A stretch of DNA of 64,000 nucleotides from assembly GCA_965112155.1 (NCBI GenBank), contig OZ218098.1. One strand, written 5' to 3'. Under the pieces are notes generated by a model. The model searched no databases and was not told where the DNA came from. It saw nothing but the letters and a program-made list of their open reading frames with translations. Shown here in pieces: positions 23,401-35,400 of this stretch (within the stretch, counting starts at the first letter, position 1; every line of letters begins with the position of its first letter). A program made the translations under genes and the position numbers. The stretch comes from Podarcis liolepis. Taxonomy: Eukaryota.

Positions 23401-26400
23401 GACAGCATCTTAAAAAGCAGAGACATCACCTTGCCGACAAAGATCCGTATAGTTAAAGCTATGGTTTTCCCAGTAGTGATGTATGGAAGTGAGAGCTGGA
23501 CCATAAAGAAGGCTGATTGCCGAAGAATCAATGCTTTTGAATTATAGTGCTGGAGGGACTCTTGAGAGTCTCATGGACTGCAAGAAGATCAAACCTATCC
23601 ATTCTGAAGGAAATCTGCCCCGAGTGCTCACTGAAAGGTCAGATCCTGAAGCTGAGGCTCCAATACTTTGGCCACCTCATGAGAAGAGAAGACTCCCTGG
23701 AAAAGACCCTGATGCTGGGGAAGATTGAGGGCACAAGGAGAAGGGGACACAGAGGACAAGATGGTTGGACAGTGTTCTCGAAGCTACCAGCATGCGTTTG
23801 ACCAAGCTGCGGGAGGCAGTGGAAGACAGGAATGCCTGGCGTGCTCTGGTCCATGGGGTCACGAAGAGTCGGACACGACTAAACAACAAATGCCAATAAT
23901 GTTTTAGATCAGTGGTGGTGGGCAGGGCCCTTTTCAAACTTAAGGCTAGGTAGCCTCTGATAGCCACATGCCAGTGGTGGGCAGGGCCAGAGGCTAAAGT
24001 GTATGGAGCAAACAAATGTAAATTGCACCCTTGTACAGTAGGCTAGTTTCTACACACCCTGTCTAAACACTCCTTTCTATACTATATTCAGGAAGCAAAA
24101 GTCAAGTACAAATTCCAGCCGGGCAAAAACACTTGGGGTGCAAAGCAGGACCAGTGAGGGGTGTGGCCTGGAGAGAGTTCTAAGGTTCAGGTAGACAGGC
24201 CTAGAAACATAGAATTGTAGAGTTGGAAGGGACTCTGAGGATCATCTAGCCCAGCCCCCTGCAGTGCAGGAATATGCTGCTGTCCCATATGGGGATTGAA
24301 CCTGCAACCTTAGCATTATCAGCACTACGCCCTAACCAACTGAGCTATCCTGGGGAGGCACATTTGATCCCCTGCACAAATATAGAATGGGGGACACCTG
24401 GTTTGTGAAAAGAATATATGGGTCTTATTGGATCACAAGCTTAGCATGAGTCAATGCTTTTATAAGCTGTATTAACAGAAGTATAATGTCCCAATCAAGA
24501 GAAGTAATGGTCTTTCTTTCTTCTGCCTTGTTCAGACCACACCGGGAGTACTGTGTTGCGTTCTCGGCAACACAATTTAAGAAGGATGTTGACAAGTTGG
24601 AAGGTGTAAAGAGGAGGAGGACCCAGATGATCAAGGTTCTGGAAACCAAGCCTTATGAGAAATGGTTGAAGGAGCTGGATAGGTTTAGCCTGGAAAAGAG
24701 GAGACTAAGAGGAGATATGATAGCCATCTTCAGTATCTAAACTGCTATCACATGAGAGATGGGCAGTCTTGTTTTCTCCTGCTCTGGAGGGTAAGACTCA
24801 CACCAATGGATTCAAGTTACAGGAAAGGAGATTCCGACTAAGCATCAGGAATACCTTTCTGACAGTAAGAGCTGTTCAACAGTGGAACAGACTCCCACAA
24901 GAGGTGGTAGACTCTTCCTTGGAGGTTGGATGGCCATCTGCCATATATGATCTAGTTGAGATTTCTGCATTGCAGGGGGTTGGTCTAGATGGCCTCTGGG
25001 ATCGCTTCCAGTTCTACAATTCTATAAAGCACAGTATTCAGAGTGTGATTTTGACTATTCTCCTATCAAGCGGAACTACTTCAAGCTAATTATTTTGAAA
25101 AAAGTCTCACCTGGTGGGATGTTTGAGGGCAACACAGATACAGCTTCATCTGCAAGTCTTACATTTTTGAGGTCAACTTCACACAGTGCTGCACCATAGG
25201 TGTTGAGTAGTTTCTTTGTGCTTGAACTCACAGCAAAAGAAACACTGACATAGTACTTCACACATGATCATGTACACTCCCCCCCCCCCCAATGTAAGAA
25301 AGCTGACGTAAACTAATCAGTGAGTTTAGGTTTTGTTCAGGAAACCTTGTCTCTAATCCAGATGAAGTTGAGTCCCCCCCCCCCATTTGCTTTCCATGTT
25401 ACAGCCCCCTGGTGGGAGCTGCTTTTTTAATGTGTTCATTCCTGTTGCATTATGGCTTTAATGCTAAAGGCCACAAACCACAACTGGTGTGACCCCACTG
25501 ATATAGTAGCAGGTATGTGAATTCGGGGGCACAGGGTGAACCCATAGAAAAGTGACTTCTACAGCATGATTATAACATGTAAACCTTTCACTGTAAAGGA
25601 TGCCCGAGTCAAAATACAAATCAAAGCAATGGTGCTAATGTAAATCCAGTTTGGATGGATTTACTCCTAACTTTAGCGGGATTGAGGTTATAGATATATG
25701 GTGTTCTTTAGGTATTTTCCAGCTGCATAAAAATTGCTTATTCACGAGCAGTACTTGTGAACAAGAGCATTTCAGTAGCCCAGCCATGTGGGCTGTAGGA
25801 ATGGTGCTGATTCTATAGAAAAAAAAGAACCATATAATCAGACCATGCCCCCATGGTAGGGGGTCATTTAGATATTATCCTGCCTGTACAGGAGGCAGAT
25901 ATGAATAAGTGGCTCCCATACAGCTTGAAGAACATCCAAAGCTGGAATGTGTGCAGAGGAGGGCAACCAAGATAATCAAGGGTCTGGAAACTAAGCCTTA
26001 TGAGGAGCGCTTGAAGGAGCTGCATATGATTAGCCTGGAAAAGAGGCGACTGAGAGGAGATATGATAGCCACCTTCAAGTATATTAAGGGCTGTCACATG
26101 GAGGAGAGAGCATGATTGTTTTCTCCTGCTCTGGAGAGTAGAACTTGAACCAATGGCTTCAGGTTGCAAGAAAGAAGATCCTGACCAAACATTCGGAAAA
26201 ACTTTCTGACAGAGGTGTTCAGCAGTGGAACAGACTCCCATGAGAAGTGGTGGCCTCTCCTTCCTTGGAGGTTTTTAAACAGAGGTTAGATGGCCTTCTG
26301 TCATTGATGCTTTAGCTGAGATCCCTGCGTTGCAGAGGGTTGGACTAGATGATCCTTGGGTCCCTTCCAACTCTATGATTCTAAAGAACATCTACATATA

Positions 26401-29400
26401 AGTCAATATGGATGACCATTTTACCACAGGTATGACCTTGATATGGTGAAATTGTTCATGCTACGTGGCACAGAATGCTAAGGCAAACAGCAGAATGAGT
26501 CTCTAAGACTGCTGAGGTGGTATAAAGGACTGTGTCACCTTAGACTACAGCTGAGGGACACCAATTTTGAATATTCCCACATAAAACAAAATTCTCCCTG
26601 CAAACTGAAACTAGCATTATCAGGAAGAAAGGCCCAGCCCATTGCCAGCTGTGCTGGCTTCCTATTTGCAGGGAGTTGTTAATACAGGAAATCATGAAGT
26701 GAGGCTACTGCCTATACTGCTGCCATTTTCCATGCATTCTGCTACCACATTCTGCATCATGTGTAAACTTAGGCCTGGTGCCAAGTAAGAGAAGGCAAAA
26801 GAGCTCATCTGGACAGCTGGTTGTTTGCATTCTTACTTTGAAGGGCAGTGGGCTGAATTCTGGTTTTGGAGAAGTGGGGTAAGGGTGATGGGGAAGCTAG
26901 TATGAAATCATAGCAATCTGAGCATTTGGTTCAGTTTGATAAGAATCACACTTTGTTGTTCTTTCCCTGGCCAGTAAGTTCTTCCTTTCCTGTTTTTCTA
27001 GCAGTGATTATCTTAATACTTAAGACACATAGCTTGATTCATATGCAGAGTTAGACACGTCTAAGCTCATTTCTTTAGGGCTAGGCATCTTCTGTGTATT
27101 TTGCTACGTTTTTTCTAATACTGAGATTCTCCTATTTTATTGATATGCTATATGTTATTGGTAAAATAACTGTGCTCTGTATCCGTCCCTTTTCCTAGCC
27201 TGTTGGAGCAAGTTTCAGGTAACTGGAAGTAAGGATGAGAAAGGCGTCAAATTAAAATTCCCCTCCATTGTAAATTGCCCCCCCCTATAGTTTTATCCAT
27301 TTAATTTGCTGGAAAACACTCTAATGGTGTTTCATAGAAGAGAAATCTTCAGTACAATTTTTGAAAGCCAGATTTAATTTACTCCAACCCCTTGATAGAA
27401 AGGTTAGGCAGTATGATGAAAACTAGATGAAATACTGTGTGAGCTGGGATGGCTGCTCCATCACCACCATCATTTTTATTTTTATTTTATTTTATCAAAT
27501 AGAATGCATAGATTGGATAAAACGTTTTGAAAATTTCCAGGCTCTCCCCTATGTTCTGACATGTCATGCTGTGAAAATATTTTAGTCTATTTACCAAGTA
27601 CAAATTAGTCTTGCCAAAGGTCCTGAAAGTTTTCTACTTCTGCTTAGATCCTTGCACTTCAAAGGAGGATGCAACTCTGCACATTAGTGATCACACTATG
27701 TTGCCGCAATTTTAAAGTTGAACTTAGCTAAATTCGTTTATAATTCACTGCCGATTGAATGCTGCCACAAATGTACGAGGGGATACTTTNNNNNNNNNNN
27801 NNNNNNNNNNNNNNNNNNNNNNNNNNNNNNNNNNNNNNNNNNNNNNNNNNNNNNNNNNNNNNNNNNNNNNNNNNNNNNNNNNNNNNNNNNNNNNNNNNNN
27901 NNNNNNNNNNNNNNNNNNNNNNNNNNNNNNNNNNNNNNNNNNNNNNNNNNNNNNNNNNNNNNNNNNNNNNNNNNNNNNNNNNNNNNNNNNNNNNNNNNNN
28001 NNNNNNNNNNNNNNNNNNNNNNNNNNNNNNNNNNNNNNNNNNNNNNNNNNNNNNNNNNNNNNNNNNNNNNNNNNNNNNNNNNNNNNNNNNNNNNNNNNNN
28101 NNNNNNNNNNNNNNNNNNNNNNNNNNNNNNNNNNNNNNNNNNNNNNNNNNNNNNNNNNNNNNNNNNNNNNNNNNNNNNNNNNNNNNNNNNNNNNNNNNNN
28201 NNNNNNNNNNNNNNNNNNNNNNNNNNNNNNNNNNTCTTTCAAAAAATGGCTTCTAATCCATTTTATGGCTTTAGGAGCTCTGTCTTTGAATTTACTGACA
28301 ACTAATATTATGGTAAATTGCTCTTCCGAGAAGTACTGCAGGCTTTGGCAGTTTCATGGGAGCACAAGGTGGGTGGGATGGAATAGCAGCTCTTTCCCCT
28401 AAACTGACATACCATGTGCTGTCGCTGAAACGCCACTAAACTGCAGCCCATCTTGTGAAATGATATGTTCATAATTCCGCACAGAAGAAGATGTCTAGTT
28501 GCAGGGAGGAAATGGTTCAGGGAGAGGGATCGTAATCAAACAAATTGAGAAAGGTGTCTTAAAACATTACGGCAAAACCTTAATAGAATTGGCGCAGCGA
28601 TGAGCATCGTTTAGGCAAACGTTTCGAGAAGCAGATGTAGTTGGAGGAAAAGTGGCTGTGGTTGCGGGGGGGAGAGGATTGAAAAGGGAAAGTATAAAAG
28701 AAGACACCCCCCTAAAAAAACCACTGCATCGTTCCCCCATCGTCTCTTATTAACAAATGGCCATGGCTAAGAATTTACATATTGAGAGAATATGTTTTTC
28801 TAACAAATGTAATGGGGGGTTTGTTGGAAGAGGCTAAGGTGGTAAAGTTCCCCAACAATGAATTTAATGCAAGCCCAAGTGAAATATTTATTTACTTTGC
28901 CAAAAGTGAGAATATGGTTCTGTTAAAAAGATCTGACAGAAGTAACATGGTGTTTGATGCAGGGAAGCTGACAGCGGCATGGAGTGAGCGCTGATTATCC
29001 TGAAGACACTGTCAGCTAGGATTGATTTCTACTTTCTCCCTTTATGTAACGGTTCCTGTAATACAGCTGACCCCAAATCACGTTACCTTGTCATCTCTCT
29101 GAATGGATCAAGAAGAGATGAGCTGAAAATAGCTAGGCACTGACCTTGAACTTGCCAGAACAGTGAGAAGTGACAGTGGCTTTGTGTATGTGTGTGTGTG
29201 TGTGAGAGAGAGAGAGTGGGTTTCATGTACAAAGACAGCCAAGCTGCTTTTCAGTCAAGTTCACTACAGCAGCACAAGGGGGCAGAGCAGCATTAGAGAT
29301 TACAGGTGAAGCCAATATTCAACTTGCTTCCTTCCCTGCTGCAAAAGTGCTTGCTTGTGCCAGTCAGATATTATTATTTTTTGTTATCGTACCAGTGAAG

Positions 29401-32400
29401 TCTTCTATAAAAAGCAGATTGACTGAAGTCTTGAGTAAAATTTGGACCTAACTGAAGAGTCCGAGTAGAACCTGACGGTGACTTCCTACACCTTGAATTC
29501 CTTGCTCACTTGTGCCGATGAATGAGAAACCAAATCTAGAAAATAAAATGCCAAACAGTATCAGAAATGGCAGGCTACCTCCATGAGCTCCATGGTCCAC
29601 AGTGCAGCTGAACTACCTTCCTTTTGAAGCCAATAGGAGAGAGAATAAATAGAGTTGCATACATGAAAAGGCTCATATAGTTGGTAGGTTTCTACTTTTC
29701 TTATTTATTTATTTTTAAATCTAAGTTTTTGGCATGTTAGTATGCAAATTGCGCTCTTCAGTTCACCCCTCATTTGTCATGCACACGTACCTTAGAAAAG
29801 ATGCCAACACAGATAGTTATGATAGACATCTATTAACGTGCCTGATGCCTAGAAAAAAATACTCATCTACTGAGTTTTCTCCTTTCCAACTTTTTTCCTT
29901 AGCATTTTAATGGAATCTTGGCATCCCTGGTATCTAAAGCCCTCTTTATCGAGGCACCTGGCTTCAATGTTGTTTTCCACAGTGAAACATTGCTGAGAGC
30001 TGACATGTGTTAAGGATGTGTCTATTTTGTGTTTCATTTTGTCGTGGTCTCCTTCCCCCCACGCCCCCTTTACTGAGCTTCAAGCAGGAAAACCATGTTT
30101 CTCAACTTGGCAAAGAGGCTGTTGATAAAATGAGGGCATGCATGCCCCCTCAATATGTCTTGATTGCTTGGTCATAATCTCTTAAGTCCTTTGATTTCAG
30201 GCTTTGACTGCAGCACATGCATTCTGGGCTAGACACCCTTGCTTTGCAACTCCCAGATCTTAAGGGGCTCTTAAACATGCATGTTGGCTTTTAGCATAGC
30301 AATCTGGAGGTGGAGCTACTTCAAAATCTTCCTTTGGTATGAAAGCAGTTCTCTAAAGAGTTCTTGTTCCTTATGTACAACCTGGTTGAAAGGTATGGGC
30401 TAGAGGAAAAAATTTCCCCTGGAGTTTTGTTCCTGCTTTCATTGTGCTAGGCTTTTAATAAGGGACCCTATTCCCTGATGTGCTAGAAGTGAGTTTATTG
30501 CTACCATCTGTTTAATTGCCCTCTCAGTTTTCTTTGGGGAATCATGAAAGTATTTTACCCTGCCTTTGAATCTCTTGGTTCTTTTAAAAGACTGGGTAAA
30601 GTACACATCAATTTCCAAAGAGTATATTAAAAACTGATAAACAGCAGCATCTCTGAACAGTAAAACTCAAGGAAAACAATTTTTTAGATGAATGTTTGTT
30701 GTTTGTTATCAGCAAACACGGTGCTTGCTGTACAAGTAAATAAACAGGGTTGTGGGCTTTTGAGTTGTTCATTTTGCTTTTAGCTTTTCCTCATCTGAAA
30801 TTGTTATTTTTTATTATTTCTATCTCATAATTTCTTATTAAGCATAGTTTATACAGCCCTCTTACCAAGGATATCACAGAAATGAAGTTGTATCTTGAAA
30901 TATACACGTGTTTTAAGGAGAGCTGTGACCACTGGGGTACAAATAACTCTAAATGGAACCCCAAACTCTGTGTGTGGGTCCATTACACATTCCTAGAAAC
31001 AATAATTGTAATAACTGTGTGTAAACTTTGTATTACACACTGTGAAGTAAAGCAGTACACTTCCAAAACTATCTTATGGTAACCATGATTTGAAGAATAA
31101 TACAGGTCACCATGGTTCTGAAAGTGCTGGTGTTCTGTAGTAGATAAGTGGCTGGATTTGAACCACCTGAGTTCAAATTTCACCTCAGCTGTGAAGCTGC
31201 TTCATTATCTCTTAGGCTACCTTACCTTCATGTATTCATTATGAGAAAAGCAAGGGACAACACCTGTAAAACCTGAGCTTTGTGAAGGTGATGTATTTTA
31301 CTTTTTAAATAACTCCTGTTGCTTTTCTCAAGGTCTGCATGATTACTAAGACATACTGCAAATTCTTTATAAGCATCTGTTTGAAGTGGAGGAATTGCAA
31401 TGCTAAATACATATAGAAAATACTGCTCAGAGGAGTGGTGGCTCTGAAGAATACACATTCTGTAACATTTGTATTATTTTGTTAAAATTGGGACAATCAG
31501 CTCCCTTCCATGTACATGTCATGCTCAAAATGCTATTAGATTCGAAATATGTAGGTACTGAAACTGAGAAGATTTGATCAAATTTCCCACAGCTAGTTTT
31601 GGGCACCTGACCTGCTTAGTTTCCCACAGGGGAAAAAAAAGCTCTGTTTCTTTAAATTCCCAATGAGAAGGGACATGTGTCTCCTTGCATTGAGTTACAT
31701 TACATCACATCATGTGGCACAAAGTGACCCAACTCAACGTGACAGGAGAAGTAAAGAAAACAGATTCTTTTAACCATGCGTGTATATATGTATAGACCAC
31801 TTTTAACAAAATGATGGCAATAAAGATATAATGAAGGGAGATGTGTACTTTTTCCACAGAGCCTAATAACATAGACTGCAGAGCTTGTCAATTCTACTTT
31901 ACACAACTTAAATTACAGCAGGCATTAAGAGTGTTGCTTGCCATAGACAAAGAATAATCAAATGTTGCTTCTGCCTAAAGCAGTCATTTTTTTATTAAAA
32001 TGTAATAGGTCGCTGTATATACATTTTTAAAAGTAATTATTGATTTGGGTCCCAGTTCAACTGAACATGTATGCAGCATGTATGCCACTGAGCTCACAAC
32101 TAAGTCCTATGATTCAGAGATGTAATTTGTGAGAACCAGCACTCCCCTTCCTATAGGGTTTATATGTACAGTACAATCCTAAAAGTACAGCTGAAAACTG
32201 TAGGGGTATGTGTAGACCTGAGGGGAAGTGCACAGTGCCTGGCCACTTATATGGAGGGCACTGCATCATTCATCCCAACATGAATCTGTATATTAACATT
32301 AGAAAAATATCTAAGCCTCAGTTTAGAGGTACAGTCAGCACCTGAATCCATTTCAGTCAGCACTTGAATGCATGAACTGACTCCACTGAAAAATATTGTT

Positions 32401-35400
32401 TGAAGTGACAGGAAAATTATGCTGGTTTGATTTGTAATTGCTTGTTCACACATGGTAGTTGTTGTCTGATGATGGAGCCATCAAGCGATGAACATAGAAT
32501 GCTGCAGGAACTTTGTGTATATCAAGTTTTGTCTGTGTAGCTCCTTGCCTGATATTATGGTGGCTGATGGAACTTTGAAACACTATTTTATCTATCAGAA
32601 ACTTGTGATACTTTAAAAAAAACCAACACCCCCCCCCCGAGCAGCGACTACAAAATATTTGTACCTGATAAATTCTAAACTGCATTAATGCACAAAGTGT
32701 GGCTGCCCATGGTTGCAGTTATTGAAGTTGTAACTGAAATGATGTCTTGCTTATTTGATCTTCAACCAGTAGCTCTTATCTGGTAGCTTTTGTTTCACAT
32801 TAAAGACACTAACGATTGTCTCCACAAAGTGAGCAGCTTAATAGTCAGAAAATGTTAAACCAGGGTGTGGAGGGGGTTGATAATCACCTTTAATAGCTCT
32901 TCATTGCAACATCATATACCAGCCATGAACTGCAAGCCAAGTATTAATAGATCTATTTAATAAAACAACTCAAAGTCCAATTTTAAACAGGATTTATTAG
33001 CTTGTGCTCCTCTAGGCAAAGCCACAATTATTCAGTTTATACCTGAAAAGGGAGTGAGGAATGTTTTCCCTGCTCTTGCATCAAAACTGTGCTCAGTTTG
33101 TGTGTATGAAATGACAGCTTCCACCTTCCTCTTTTGAATCCAGCTTCTAGTTTTTCAGAGGGAGAGGGAAGAGAATCATAAACACACTGTTCATCTGCTA
33201 TAGAGCTGCTGTGACTGCCTTTAGGCAGGTAACTATGGGCCTGTGTTCCCATCCATGGTGTCTGCATTGGTAATGGCTGACTACCAAGTTTGTTGAATGA
33301 TAGACACATCTTATCCCCACTGCAACTTTTCCCCCAATTGCAGAACTTTAATTTCTCCTTTAGGAATGAATGACAGCCATTCCGTTTGTAAGGACATATC
33401 CTGGGGTACTCAGAGTAAAGCCCAACAGAATTCAATGGGATCTTCTGAAACCTTAGTCAGATGTTCAGGTGCCATGGGACCCAAACTAGGGCTTTTGTGG
33501 TTCTGGTTAAGATATCTTTGTTAATATCAAAGTAAAATGCTGCTTCTCAGCTCTAGAGTCCAAATGAAAGAGAACAGTATGTAATTTCAGACACCTTTTA
33601 ACTGTTGAAAGAGAAATAAAAACACTCAAAAGCAACTTAGTTTTTTAAAGGAAAAGAAAAGAACAATACTTTTGTAATTCTGCATTTCTGATGAAAATCA
33701 CATATAGGGGTTCTTGAAGAATTCAGTCTTTGTAAATTCCTAAGAATGTACCTCTCATCTACTGGGTAACTGGCCTAATGTGTGGATCAGAACTTAAGTT
33801 AGCCACTGGATTTTTGATGTTCACGTGTTCCGGTGCAGTGCTCTGTTAAAAAAATATATATTAAAATGTCTAGACAAACAAGCTTTGATGTACAATGGGG
33901 TATACTATGTATGTATGGTATTACCCTTCTATGTATTGCCCTTCTTGGAATTACAAATCTGGCTTTTGCTCAAATTGGAAAAAAAACTTCCTCCTAAGAT
34001 CCCTAAATTTTATCTTGATGAAATAATGTTTGATCAGTGGATGATCTAAATGAGGAATCTCTTCTTTGAAGTTTGATTGACACAGGTGATTCTGAAGTCA
34101 GAAACATGTTTGGTCATATAATGTACTGTAGAACTCAGCTCTGAGAGAAGAGGCACTATGAGAGGCATGGGAATATAAAGTGTTCAAACTTTTAATTTGG
34201 TCATTTTTACTGTCTGTGAATACGAATTCCCTTACCTGATTACTGTGTGAAATGTACCATGTACTGGAATCCAGGAAGATAGTCTTTCAGTTGTAATTGT
34301 GAGTTTAAACAATGGAAAGACATCTTCCCTAACATCTTTCCTGGGAACGGTTCATACCAGATAAATGTAGCCATCAGCAGACAGCCGTGTTTTATTTGTG
34401 ATGCATTCTGACTTTGTTTATTAAGTAATCATTTCTGGGTACAAGTGTCAACACAATTTGCTTTTTGAATAATGTGAAGCAGATAACCTCAATTAGCAAG
34501 CAATTACGGTAATTTTCATACTAAACGCTCTCCTTAATTGTTTTCGAAACCTGAAACTAAAACTGTAATAAATAATGAATGGTGAGAATACATTGATTTA
34601 AGGGGCTCCATGGTGATTTTTCTATAGAGATGTGCTCAACCTACCAAGCAAAATTCCAAAACCAGTATGGGTTCAATGTGGATTTGGCAGGCTGGGATAA
34701 AAGGCTTAATCATGGACTTATACTTTGCCTTCTTCCTCATGCCATGTTCTTCTGCTCTTCTGTTCCTTCTAGAATCTATCCAATACACGCTCCTTCCTGA
34801 ACTTATTTACAGTGGTACCTCGCAAGATGAATGCCTTGCAAGACGAAAAACGCGCAAGACGAAAGAGTTTTCCGTTTTTTGAGTTGTTCCGCAAGACGAA
34901 TTTCCCTATGGGCTTGCTTCGCAAGACGAAACGTCTTGCGAGTTCTTGCGAGTTTGTTTCCTTTTTCTTTAAGCCGCTAAGCCGTTAATAGCCGCTAAGC
35001 CGCTAATAGCCGCTAAGCCATTAATAGCCGTGCTTCGCAAGACGAAAAAACCGCAAGACGAAGAGACTCGCGGAACGGATTAATTTCGTCTTGCGAGGCA
35101 CCACTGTAATCTGATAGATGTCCTGCTCAGTTATTTCTGTTAAAAGAACCCTAGTTTTCTATTGGCCATTATCTATTGCCTCATCCACTGAAGTACCCAC
35201 TATTTCCACTTATGTCTACTTATACTTTTAAACTAGGCTGCCAAATCCATATGGGGATCTGAGAGATGAGGGAAAGGGTGGGTTGGCCATATGAAGCTGT
35301 AATTTAAATACCGTGGAACATGCTGGTTGTTGTATACCCTATGGCAGTTTGTTCAGTAGCTCTGTTTTGTAAAATCTGCATGCATTGTTGCTCAGATCCA

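Noticed and set aside
23245-23801. RT-like ORFs as a host gene
   Set aside because: Frameshifted fragment of a truncated BovB LINE.
24280-24352. Functional tRNA-Ile gene
   Set aside because: The acceptor stem is degenerate, CpGs are decayed, and it is fused directly to a CR1 tail, so it is a SINE head.
24486-26115. ORFs with [12 protein letters not shown] motifs
   Set aside because: Degenerate CR1 ORF2 fragments.
27774-27789. TACGAGGGGATAC resembling a mariner TIR start
   Set aside because: Runs into the assembly gap and no matching right TIR is visible, so it cannot be supported.
29518-29683. Alternative coding first exon ([22 protein letters not shown]...)
   Set aside because: Every ATG-initiated frame stops before the donor at 29683/29684, so none joins the downstream exon in frame.
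34810-35106. Reiterated CGCAAGACGAA units resembling a CRISPR-like array
   Set aside because: Eukaryotic context, irregular short spacing, TIRs with TA TSD, and an almost identical second copy: this is a MITE.
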